The notes beneath the pieces were generated by a model that made no database searches, was not told the origin of the DNA, and worked only from the letters and a program-made list of their open reading frames with translations. DNA of 11,870 nt. Source: Calditrichia bacterium. Its GTDB lineage: Bacteria; Calditrichota; Calditrichia; RBG-13-44-9. The number at the start of each line of letters is the position of its first letter. Within the stretch, counting starts at the first letter, position 1. The position numbers and the translations under genes were made by a program. This document shows positions 1-8,223 of this stretch, piece after piece. The stretch covers positions 1-11,870 of the forward strand of contig JARRQT010000155.1 of the NCBI GenBank assembly GCA_037381445.1. The letters are read 5' to 3'.

Positions 1-1966
1 AAAAAAAGTAAATCCCCGATGCCGCGGGCCTTCCCTGCAAATCGATGCCGGACCATACAAATCTGTTTTCACCGGCCGGAAGAAGTCCCAGACTTTTTTG
101 ATAAACCGCTTTCCCCTGTACGTCATAAATATTCAATTGCGCAGGTTTGGCAACAGGAAGCGAAAAATATAATGTAGTAGCGGAGTTAAACGGATTGGGA
201 TAATTCTGCCATAGCCGGATTGTTTCCGGAATGTTATTTTCCCCGCTATCGGGAATTTGGCTGAAATCCCCGGAATTAAAATAGCCGGCGACGAAGACCA
301 GCGGTGCATTCCAGTTGATACAAATCTCGTTGGAAGCGTAGCTCTCCTGATGGTCCGCATAACACAACGCCGGCGGCGTTTCCGAAGTAAATCTGGACCG
401 GAGAACCGCATCATCAAGATATTGATCCGGGCCGCCCGCCAGCAATCCCGGCACCGGTTCACCAATGTCATCGGCGGCCGAGGGCCGGTGATGAGGGTGG
501 TGCGGGTAATTCGTTCCGATACTGGTTACAAATGACAAATTATGGGCATTTGCGCCCAAAATATAGTGCAGTTGATCGGCCGCGGTATTCAGAAAATTTT
601 TATTCCTGGTTTCTTCAAATGCTGTGATTAGCAGGATGGCACGGTTGAGCGGGACGGAATTGGAACCCCAGGCGTACTCCCCGGGCTGCAGGGCAACCTG
701 AAAACCGCTGTTTTCGCATTTTGCCAGCAGCTCCGTACAATATTGATTCAGGGAGTTTTTTAGTTCTGATCTGATTTTTTCGCTGACACCATTCGTCCGG
801 CTTCTCAGGTAAGTCAGGTGCGCAAGCACTTTTACGTTGGGCCAGGCCATGGTCTGATTAAACAGGCCCTGATCAGCATAGCATGCAGCATAATAGGCAT
901 GATATTGGGCCTCCCCGGTGGTATTAAACAGTTCCGCCGCGGCCCACAATCTCTCATCCCGGTCATTTGAATCACCGTATTCACCGGTGGCCGTACCTTC
1001 CGGATTTTTAAATCCCCCGGCCGGCACAATGTCCGGATTATTCTCCAGATAGTTCCATGCCCGGCGGGAGGCACTCAGCAGCCGGGCGGAAAATTCTTCT
1101 CTAAACGGCTTCATTACGGCAGCCGCGCGAGCGGTCACGGCGGCAAAATCGGCGGTGGCTGTCGAAGAAATCTGATAAATATAGCGCGGACTTTTATCAT
1201 CCTGCGGTATAATGAAAGGAGCAAATTGCTCCCTGGTTACTTTGAAAAAGACACCGCCGGACGAATCCTGCATACTTAGCAGCCAGTCAAGTTCCCAGGC
1301 GACTTCGTCAAGGATGTCCGGAATCCCGTTGCCGCTCTCCGGGATATTCAGATCATCCTGATTGAAATGATCCGGAAAATAATCATATGCCATCAGCATT
1401 GTCCCCAGGGTGATGCCTGCATTGACCACATACTTCCCGTAATCACCCGCATCATGCCAACCGCCTGCCGTTGGCTGGTACCCGGAGAGACCTGTTGATT
1501 CATGAAAAAATGCATCGGTGCTGTGACACCTTGGATGGGCATACTCCCCTGCAAATTGGGCTTCCAGGGCAATACCGCAGCGCTGGAAATAAAATGCCCG
1601 GAGCGCCTTCCGGTACACATCATTGTAGACAGAATCTTCGATCCGGAAGGTTGCCGAAGAACTGCCATTTTTGGTCAGAATATGATAATCCCCTTCCCGT
1701 TTCACAGCGGAAAAATCACCCCGGTAAATATCATAGCCGGTGGCAGGATCATTAATTTTCCATGTCTCCAGTTCACCGGAAAAAACAGTCTGACCACTTT
1801 CGGAATTTATCACATAGAAACTGTCCGAAAACTGGCTGGAAAATACAAATTTGGGTGCATCCGGCGGATATCCTGCCTGATCGATATAGACACCGGCCCG
1901 CAGCAGGCTGAAAAGGAAGAGACTAATAAAAAAGATTTTCAAAGAACGTTTTGAAAGGAAATCCAT
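1..1966 (-). CDS. Glycoside hydrolase family 9 (cellulase/beta-glucanase) with signal peptide, N-terminal Ig-like (CelD_N-type) domain and T9SS type A CTD; 3' end runs off the window
   Basis: Translated by hand from ATG at 1966 (MDFLSKRSLKIFFISLFLFSLLRAGVYIDQAGYPPDAPK...), with no stop before position 1 (655 codons). GH9 motifs: FYFQRCG, GGWHDAGDYGKY (~1442-1459 for WHDAGD), IPESGNGIPDILDE, DERLWAAAEL, WGSN, HPHHRPS, PGLLAGGP, YASNEICINWNA. CTD: LWQNYPNPFNSATT...IYDVQGK...VWSGIDLQGRPAASGIYFF. Absent from the ORF track because there is no stop in the window. Confidence 0.95.
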   Translation of the reverse strand, partial: MDFLSKRSLKIFFISLFLFSLLRAGVYIDQAGYPPDAPKFVFSSQFSDSFYVINSESGQTVFSGELETWKINDPATGYDIYRGDFSAVKREGDYHILTKNGSSSATFRIEDSVYNDVYRKALRAFYFQRCGIALEAQFAGEYAHPRCHSTDAFFHESTGLSGYQPTAGGWHDAGDYGKYVVNAGITLGTMLMAYDYFPDHFNQDDLNIPESGNGIPDILDEVAWELDWLLSMQDSSGGVFFKVTREQFAPFIIPQDDKSPRYIYQISSTATADFAAVTARAAAVMKPFREEFSARLLSASRRAWNYLENNPDIVPAGGFKNPEGTATGEYGDSNDRDERLWAAAELFNTTGEAQYHAYYAACYADQGLFNQTMAWPNVKVLAHLTYLRSRTNGVSEKIRSELKNSLNQYCTELLAKCENSGFQVALQPGEYAWGSNSVPLNRAILLITAFEETRNKNFLNTAADQLHYILGANAHNLSFVTSIGTNYPHHPHHRPSAADDIGEPVPGLLAGGPDQYLDDAVLRSRFTSETPPALCYADHQESYASNEICINWNAPLVFVAGYFNSGDFSQIPDSGENNIPETIRLWQNYPNPFNSATTLYFSLPVAKPAQLNIYDVQGKAVYQKSLGLLPAGENRFVWSGIDLQGRPAASGIYFF

Positions 1967-1989
1967 TTTCAGGTTCTCAATTTTGATGA

Positions 1990-3543
1990 TCAATTCATCG
2001 CCTGACCATAATCCAGCCGGTTGAGTGTTGTGATCTGCGGAAATGAGGGTACAACGATAGGGAATGGATCACCCTTTCGTAGCGCGATCATTTCAATGGA
2101 GGTGATTTTTATATCTTCGAATTGGCGGGTATTTATTTTGATCCGGTCTACATATTTCTGCTGAAGTCTTTTGACATACGGATTCAGATAATCGCTGATG
2201 ACCTTCATATGGTCAGTTTCTCTGCAATTTACCGATTCCAGGAATTTCCGGCGCTGAAATGAAGCCAGCAGGTTATCTTCCCACATTTGCCGGTATCGGA
2301 CAACTGCCGGTTCTTTATCATACCCCCTTTTGTATGCATCGGCGGTAATATATTTATCCCGGACCATATCCACGATGGCCAGTTTGAGCTGCTCCGCGAA
2401 ATCGCCACGACGGATTTTCTGCTGTCTGAATACCAGGGGATGTTTTTCCATCTCGGATTCGAAATCCGAGATGGTCCATACCTTACCGTCGATGCTGAAC
2501 AGCGGATAGTCGCGGATCCGGGCAATCGACTGTCCGAGGGAATCAAAAGAGACCTCTCCCCTGCCTTTTCCCCAGTACATCCGGTTAAACGCTTCCTTCT
2601 TTTCAGCCTCGGATTTCAAGTAGAGCGGACCGGCGATCTCCACCATCCTGCGGAAAGTCTGCGGGATAAAATTAATGGTCTTCCCGTGCATCAACTTTGC
2701 GACATATTGATCATAAAGCGTCCGGCTTTTCTGCTCCTTTAAAAAATCGGCAGCATCCTTCCACCGCTGCTGAATGGCGGCATTGGTTATGGCAGGCAGA
2801 TTCGTCCACCCGTTCACCTGCATCAACATCGTTCCATCCTGCTCAGTGGCAAGAGGACCGATAACCGCTCCCTTTTGCACCGGATTGTCAAAAAGCGCTC
2901 TCTCTACTGCAATATCTTCATTGCCATCAAACGTAACTTCCCGGCGGGTCATTTTTTGCGCAAGGCCATGGGATGCCAGGATTTCTTCCAGCGAAGTTCT
3001 TTTCTCACTTATTTCACTCTTCACGCGGTCTGCGAGACGGGAATCATCCATCGCGACAAAAGAAATGTCATATTTCCGGCCGGCAATGTGGTACAGCTTT
3101 TTGATCTGAGTAGTGTCCACGATGGCTTTTTTGGATGCGACCTCGTTGTATAACCATTGGCGCATGGCCTGTTCCTGGCGGCCTTCGATATATCGCTGAA
3201 AGTGCTCGTTGGCGGTCAATTCATTCTTCCTACCGGCTTCGATTGCCAGAAGTTTTTCTGCGATCAGAGAATTCAGAATTATTTTTTTATGGATATAATT
3301 ATCGCCGCTGCAATATACCGGTCGGATAGTGTATTCCGCACGTTCAATAAATTCATTTCTGGTAATGGTACGGTCACCGACACGGGCAACCAGTTCCTCC
3401 TTTGCTGTGACCGGCTTTTTTCCGGAACAGGAGAGGAGGAGAATTGATGCTGATAATATTCCCAAATTCAAAAATGTGGCGAGATAAAATTTAATTTCTC
3501 TTGTCGCTTGATACTTGCTGAAAAACAATCTATTCAAAACCAT
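1990..3543 (-). CDS. SurA/PrsA-like chaperone lipoprotein (peptidyl-prolyl isomerase-like, parvulin region degenerate)
   Basis: 517-aa ORF. Lipobox-like LLLS-C39 followed by SGKK. SurA-N-like start LVARVGDRTITRNEF...ILNSLIAEKLLAIEA, and a second similar module LFSIDGKVWTISDF...VRDKYITADAYKRGYDKEP. A parvulin-like segment (VERALFDNPVQKGAVIGPL) lies between them. Confidence 0.7.
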   Translation of the reverse strand: MVLNRLFFSKYQATREIKFYLATFLNLGILSASILLLSCSGKKPVTAKEELVARVGDRTITRNEFIERAEYTIRPVYCSGDNYIHKKIILNSLIAEKLLAIEAGRKNELTANEHFQRYIEGRQEQAMRQWLYNEVASKKAIVDTTQIKKLYHIAGRKYDISFVAMDDSRLADRVKSEISEKRTSLEEILASHGLAQKMTRREVTFDGNEDIAVERALFDNPVQKGAVIGPLATEQDGTMLMQVNGWTNLPAITNAAIQQRWKDAADFLKEQKSRTLYDQYVAKLMHGKTINFIPQTFRRMVEIAGPLYLKSEAEKKEAFNRMYWGKGRGEVSFDSLGQSIARIRDYPLFSIDGKVWTISDFESEMEKHPLVFRQQKIRRGDFAEQLKLAIVDMVRDKYITADAYKRGYDKEPAVVRYRQMWEDNLLASFQRRKFLESVNCRETDHMKVISDYLNPYVKRLQQKYVDRIKINTRQFEDIKITSIEMIALRKGDPFPIVVPSFPQITTLNRLDYGQAMN

Positions 3544-3558
3544 TTCACCTTCATAAAA

Positions 3559-4626
3559 TTAGAATAAAAACCCGATTCCATAGCTCTGTACGTTTCCTAA
3601 AATACCGATATCCCTGAATCCGTATTCGATCTTGAGCCCCAGATTTCCCATCATTCTCAATGTGGCCCCGGCACCAAAGGAGTACCCGTATTGGGAATCA
3701 ACCATGAACAATCCTTTATAGCCGCCGCGCAGGAAAAAACTGCCCGAGCCGGCAAGCTTATATTCATACTGCATTCCCACATTGACGGATTCACTGTTAT
3801 TATTGGGATGGAGAGCATCGCCGGCAACAGTGATGCGGTGAGGTCCCAGTACAACCGGATTCAGAGACACTCCCACCCGAAAGATCAGCGGCAGTTCCCA
3901 TTCCGAGAGGCGGTATTGACCCGGTACATCTTTATAGTTGCCGTTCTCGCTGGGCGACACATCGATGGGATTCAGAAGGTCAATACCATCATAACGCATT
4001 TTTGTGCCATAGTTCGAAATGCTCATTCCAATAGACAGCCCGTCCTCATTTTTCCCGGAGGGCGAGAAAAAGCCGGTGCTGACGGTGACGCCCAGATCCA
4101 GTGCGATGGCACTGGCGCTGGTATGCCAGATTTGGGAAGTGATATATTTTGCGGCGGCCCCAAACCCGAAATTGGGAGTCAGCAAGCGTGAATAGGCCAG
4201 ACTGAATGCGTAATCGTTTGCATTAAATGTTTCTCCGGTGCCTTCCTGCATATCCATTGTCGTGACATCCATATTGCCGTACCCCATGTGGAAAACCCCA
4301 AAAGATATGTTGCCGATTCCCTGCAAAACAAAACCTGCGGCTGCAAAGGCGGTGTTCATGTCCACCAGCCAGGGCTGATAAAAGAACTGGGCCTCATTCT
4401 GCTGCATAAATGCCAGGCCGGCCGGATTCCAGTATAGCGCTGAAATATCGCGCGCCGAGGCAACATAGGCATCACCCATGGCACTGCCGGCGGAGCCGAA
4501 ACCGATTTCCAGAAAATTGGCGGCCGTAGTTCCTGCCCTGTATGGTTTCTGGGCAAAGGCGGTTCCTGCCCCCAGCAGAAGAACCAGCACCCAAATAATA
4601 TATTCTTTTTTGATCCGTCTTTTCAT
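3559..4626 (-). CDS. PorV/PorQ-family (UPF0164-like, FadL-type) outer-membrane beta-barrel
   Basis: 355 aa. Signal peptide ending AFA|Q. Family motifs GTTAANFLEIG...AMGDAYVA...ALYWNPAGLA, ALDLG, IGMSISNYG, LPLIFRVGVS and FLRGGYK. C-terminal Phe (GIGFLF). SD-like GAGGG 8 nt before the ATG. Confidence 0.88.
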   Translation of the reverse strand: MKRRIKKEYIIWVLVLLLGAGTAFAQKPYRAGTTAANFLEIGFGSAGSAMGDAYVASARDISALYWNPAGLAFMQQNEAQFFYQPWLVDMNTAFAAAGFVLQGIGNISFGVFHMGYGNMDVTTMDMQEGTGETFNANDYAFSLAYSRLLTPNFGFGAAAKYITSQIWHTSASAIALDLGVTVSTGFFSPSGKNEDGLSIGMSISNYGTKMRYDGIDLLNPIDVSPSENGNYKDVPGQYRLSEWELPLIFRVGVSLNPVVLGPHRITVAGDALHPNNNSESVNVGMQYEYKLAGSGSFFLRGGYKGLFMVDSQYGYSFGAGATLRMMGNLGLKIEYGFRDIGILGNVQSYGIGFLF

Positions 4627-4689
4627 AGTATATACCCTCGATCCATTCGATACAATACAATTTTTCTTTTTAAGGCTGACAATCCTGTT

Positions 4690-7600
4690 TTATTTGATGA
4701 TGGCAAACTTGCCCATCTTTTCATCGCCGGTCTCCAACACTTTGATATGATAGATATATATGCCGGCGGCAACTTCCAGGCCCTCTTTGGTGAGCAAATC
4801 CCAATGGGCGATGCCGTTATCGGCCGCGTTATTTACGTCGATCTGATCGACCAAAACGCCGCTGGCGGTAAAAATTTTAATGATGCAGCGGGAAGGGAGA
4901 TGGGTAAACATGATCCGGCGTCTCTGATTCAGGTAAGGATTTCCTACCGCGGTTTCCATGGTGTTGGTTGCCACATAGGGATTCGGCACGACCTTTATTT
5001 TATCCAGGGTGTTTTTTAGCTCGGCCACGTTCAGTTCCCCGGCGGCAGTGGGCGTAAACATGATGGAGTCTTCGCTCCAGAAAGGACGCTGGAAAGTAAG
5101 CCGGAAAACATCATCGTTTTGGGGTAAATTTTCGGTGGAGCCGGCATTTTTAAAATCAATAATGAAAACAGTGCCGGCCCAGATTCCGTTATTATTCAGC
5201 GCCCCGACCAGAATTCGGTCTTCCATTATATCGAAAACCCCGTTATTGTTCTGATCGTGAACAACCATATCCATTTTCTCATAATTTCCGGTTGAATCGA
5301 GAAATGATTTGTTCTGCACATAAAAGCCGAATGCCTGCCCGGTCAGCAGTTCCGCGCTGTTCCGGAAACGCTGATCATTTTCATCTTTTATGAAATTCTT
5401 TGACGTGGCCCTGCCAACATAGGCGGAATCCTGGCCCGTGAAAACAATTTCATAATCCCACGGGAAATAATACATCTCTGTTTTGGTGGGGGTAATGTTG
5501 ATAGGAGCACGGCCGGTCAGCCATCCGGAATTTCTGGTGTCAACCTCAGCGACAACGACGGGCATGGTTATATTCAACCGGATTCCATCAAATACATCCG
5601 TGGTAAAAGGCTTGGGACTCTTGAAATAATAGAAATCCAGAGTGTCCTGATAAATTATATTATCATAAGCATATTTCTCGGGGCTCTCTCTGTAAACCAG
5701 CGAATTATTTTCACTGACATCATAGACTTCAATTGTATTGTTGGTATATAACATACCATGATCATGATCCTTTACGGCGTATAACGTATCCAGTCCAAAC
5801 TTGATTTTATAGGTATGTCCCGGTTTGGTGCTGCTGCTGGAAAGGATTTCCGGTTCGATAATCCCGGAGCCGCGGACATAATTGTCCGAATTAATTTTAA
5901 TGGAAGGGGGCACATAACCGGCGGCTTTTTGGTGCGGCGTGACCACCTGCACGTTGATCCCCACGCTGCGCACCTCTTCAGTGGTTTCTTCCAGTTCGAT
6001 AACCACATTATTTTCCGAAGGAGAGATGCCGCCGCCGATATCAGGTGCCCCGTAATCATATGCGACAAGCGCATAATAGTAAGTGCGGCCGTTCTGCACA
6101 GTATTATCAACGAAGTGATGCAGAACGCCGGAATCTTCACCCAGGTAATAGCCCATGCCGTTAACCAGTCCGAAATTGGTGAATCCGCGTTTTTCGTCTT
6201 TCAGATCGCACTGAAAAATTGGTTTTTTGAACATGGGGGTACCGTACCCGTCCGTTATCACTTCGGGATCTGACATCTTTTTGTCAGTCGCGCGGTAAAG
6301 CTTATAACCCTCAAAATCATTCACATTCCGCAAAAACGGATCCCGGGTTTTGGTATCCGAAACATCATTCCAGGTCAGAACAACCTGACCGTCTCCCGCT
6401 GTTGCCTGCAGGGTTGGCATCCTGGGAGGCTGCGCGAAACGGTAATCTTTCTCATAAATAACCTGCACGATTCGCTTCTGCTCATAAAGCGCAGGCGCAC
6501 TGTGCTCTGTTGAATTCAGACCCGCCAGATTATCATAGGAATGAAGTTCGGACATGGATATACGCTCCGTGCGCCCTTTATAAAGGGGGAAGGCACCCGA
6601 AGCGAATACCTCAATAAGATTGGAAATGTTGCCGCTGAATTCGACCAGCGAATCGCTTCCGATAAGCTCCCACATGGAATCATCGCCGCGGAACCAGCGA
6701 TAGCTGGATGCATGGCTGGGCACCGGAAACAGACGGAAAGCGGTGAGGCCTAGCATATCGGATTCGGAAACATCCGTGGCATCGTAATTGGGCTCACATC
6801 CCATACCTTCAATAAAATCCGGCTTGTGATTGCATTCGCCCTCATCGGGCCCGTTGTAATTGATTTCTCCCGGTCCAACGCCATCCAGACCCACATCGTC
6901 TCCGGGATCTTCGGTGACCTGGTAAATGCCGTCACCGTTGACGTCGTCTCCGTCCATCCAATCGCCATCCTCATCGGAATCCCAGTGATCTTTCAGGTCT
7001 TCCAGTTTATAATTATAAAATGCCAGAAATTTTTGAACGTCGTAGATTCCCTCGGTGGGGCCCACGATTCGCGTTGCGGGATTATCACGTTTCTCATCGA
7101 TGATGCCGTCGTCATCGTTATCTTCATTATCATAGGCCAGGCCCGGACTTTCCAGGTAGGCAAATCCCATGGTCCCGGTGGGGCGGCCGGCCAGGCCTAC
7201 ACCGTTAATATCCCAGGAGTAGGCCATATCCACATATTTGTCAAAATATCCCAGTTCATCGGTGCCATCGTCCCCGATTCCGTTATCTACCCAGTAACCA
7301 AATGCCACTTCCGTTAAATCGTAGTCCGAAATATTCGCGATATTATATTCCCAAAAAATGGCATCCCGCGCCTGGGGATTGTTCCATTGGAATCCGCGCT
7401 GTGCCACCCGGATGCCGATACCGCCCCAGGGCTTACCTTTCTGAATGGTAACGGCGGGCCGGATGTCTCCTATCTTTTTGCCGGGACGGGGATAATAGCG
7501 CGCTCTGTCTTCAATTCCCAGGTATTCCTGGTCCTGCGCGTCATTTGCCACAAAAAAGGTTTCCAGATCCGCGTAAATCACGCCCCGCCCGAAACGGCCG

Positions 7601-8166
7601 TTCCATTCTCCCGGCCAGATGGTCATTCCATTGGGAGCCGGCCAGCCTGAAGGCGGCCACGAATCCGGGAGATTGCTCATTGCCGGATATTCATTATTTT
7701 CATTAAAATAACCGAATACCGGGTATATCCCCCACTCCGCACCTGTGATGGGATCACGGTCCATTTCTTCCCGGTAGCTGGTCTGCAGGTAGTACAGGGT
7801 ATGAACACTGTCGGGATAATTTTTAATGTAAAGCGGATTGGTGACCGGAATGGTATCCACCGGAGAGGGTGTGTTCTTGATATAAACTTTCGCTCCGATC
7901 AGCAGCGCAATACCATCAAGCATCTTTACCCCATCATAATTGTTCGGCCAGCGCGAGACGTCACTTTTGGGCCAGTCGGAAAGCTCGGTGGTATTACGGA
8001 AATACAGAAATACCCGGTTTCCGGTCATATACCCTTCGCGTTCGGCAGCAACGTCACCGGCAGGATCATCCGGCCCGGAATAGGGCTGCCCCTGGGCAAA
8101 TGCGATGTCCCGGACCGTCAGCACAGAAGTCAGGGCGAATATCATTGCAAATAAAAAAAGCTTCAT
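4690..8166 (-). CDS. Large secreted/surface protein (~1158 aa) of unknown function with acidic Ca-binding-like motifs, an FN3-like domain and an atypical T9SS-like CTD
   Basis: The ORF track gives 4690..8223. ATG at 8166 is preferred because GAGGT lies 9 nt upstream and a signal peptide follows (MKLFLFAMIFALTSVLTVRDIAFA|Q). DxDxDG-type motifs at ~6860-7131. FN3-like PTLQATAGDGQVVLTW...GYKLYR...FVDNTVQNGRTYYYALVAYD at ~6055-6430. C-terminus IKVVPNPY...IKIFTASGVLV...WDLLTKEGLEVAAGIYIYHI...GKFAIIK. Confidence 0.88.
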   Translation of the reverse strand: MKLFLFAMIFALTSVLTVRDIAFAQGQPYSGPDDPAGDVAAEREGYMTGNRVFLYFRNTTELSDWPKSDVSRWPNNYDGVKMLDGIALLIGAKVYIKNTPSPVDTIPVTNPLYIKNYPDSVHTLYYLQTSYREEMDRDPITGAEWGIYPVFGYFNENNEYPAMSNLPDSWPPSGWPAPNGMTIWPGEWNGRFGRGVIYADLETFFVANDAQDQEYLGIEDRARYYPRPGKKIGDIRPAVTIQKGKPWGGIGIRVAQRGFQWNNPQARDAIFWEYNIANISDYDLTEVAFGYWVDNGIGDDGTDELGYFDKYVDMAYSWDINGVGLAGRPTGTMGFAYLESPGLAYDNEDNDDDGIIDEKRDNPATRIVGPTEGIYDVQKFLAFYNYKLEDLKDHWDSDEDGDWMDGDDVNGDGIYQVTEDPGDDVGLDGVGPGEINYNGPDEGECNHKPDFIEGMGCEPNYDATDVSESDMLGLTAFRLFPVPSHASSYRWFRGDDSMWELIGSDSLVEFSGNISNLIEVFASGAFPLYKGRTERISMSELHSYDNLAGLNSTEHSAPALYEQKRIVQVIYEKDYRFAQPPRMPTLQATAGDGQVVLTWNDVSDTKTRDPFLRNVNDFEGYKLYRATDKKMSDPEVITDGYGTPMFKKPIFQCDLKDEKRGFTNFGLVNGMGYYLGEDSGVLHHFVDNTVQNGRTYYYALVAYDYGAPDIGGGISPSENNVVIELEETTEEVRSVGINVQVVTPHQKAAGYVPPSIKINSDNYVRGSGIIEPEILSSSSTKPGHTYKIKFGLDTLYAVKDHDHGMLYTNNTIEVYDVSENNSLVYRESPEKYAYDNIIYQDTLDFYYFKSPKPFTTDVFDGIRLNITMPVVVAEVDTRNSGWLTGRAPINITPTKTEMYYFPWDYEIVFTGQDSAYVGRATSKNFIKDENDQRFRNSAELLTGQAFGFYVQNKSFLDSTGNYEKMDMVVHDQNNNGVFDIMEDRILVGALNNNGIWAGTVFIIDFKNAGSTENLPQNDDVFRLTFQRPFWSEDSIMFTPTAAGELNVAELKNTLDKIKVVPNPYVATNTMETAVGNPYLNQRRRIMFTHLPSRCIIKIFTASGVLVDQIDVNNAADNGIAHWDLLTKEGLEVAAGIYIYHIKVLETGDEKMGKFAIIK

Positions 8167-8223
8167 ACTGGATTTACCTCTGGAATATTTAACCAATGCC
8201 ATGATTTTTTCAACACAATTCAT

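Noticed and set aside
1..7. A7 homopolymer as a phase-variation tract
   Set aside because: It encodes the end of the CTD motif GIYFF and is cut by the window edge; it is too short and shows no frame disruption.
133..1954. Short ORF-track entries in 133-1954 on both strands, including the 150-aa ORF 1502..1954 (+)
   Set aside because: All are alternative-frame or antisense shadows of the GH9 reading frame, and none has recognisable motifs.
6860..7131. GAT/GAC-rich stretch as a DNA tandem repeat, CRISPR array or diversity-generating retroelement repeat
   Set aside because: The low complexity comes from Asp/Gly codons. There are no regularly spaced identical repeats, no template/variable repeat pair, and no reverse transcriptase or cas gene in the window.
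8167..8223. Start of the giant protein at ATG 8223, directly abutting the TBDR stop (TAAATG)
   Set aside because: Translational coupling is possible, but ATG 8166 has a well-spaced GAGGT and gives a normal signal peptide, so it is preferred.
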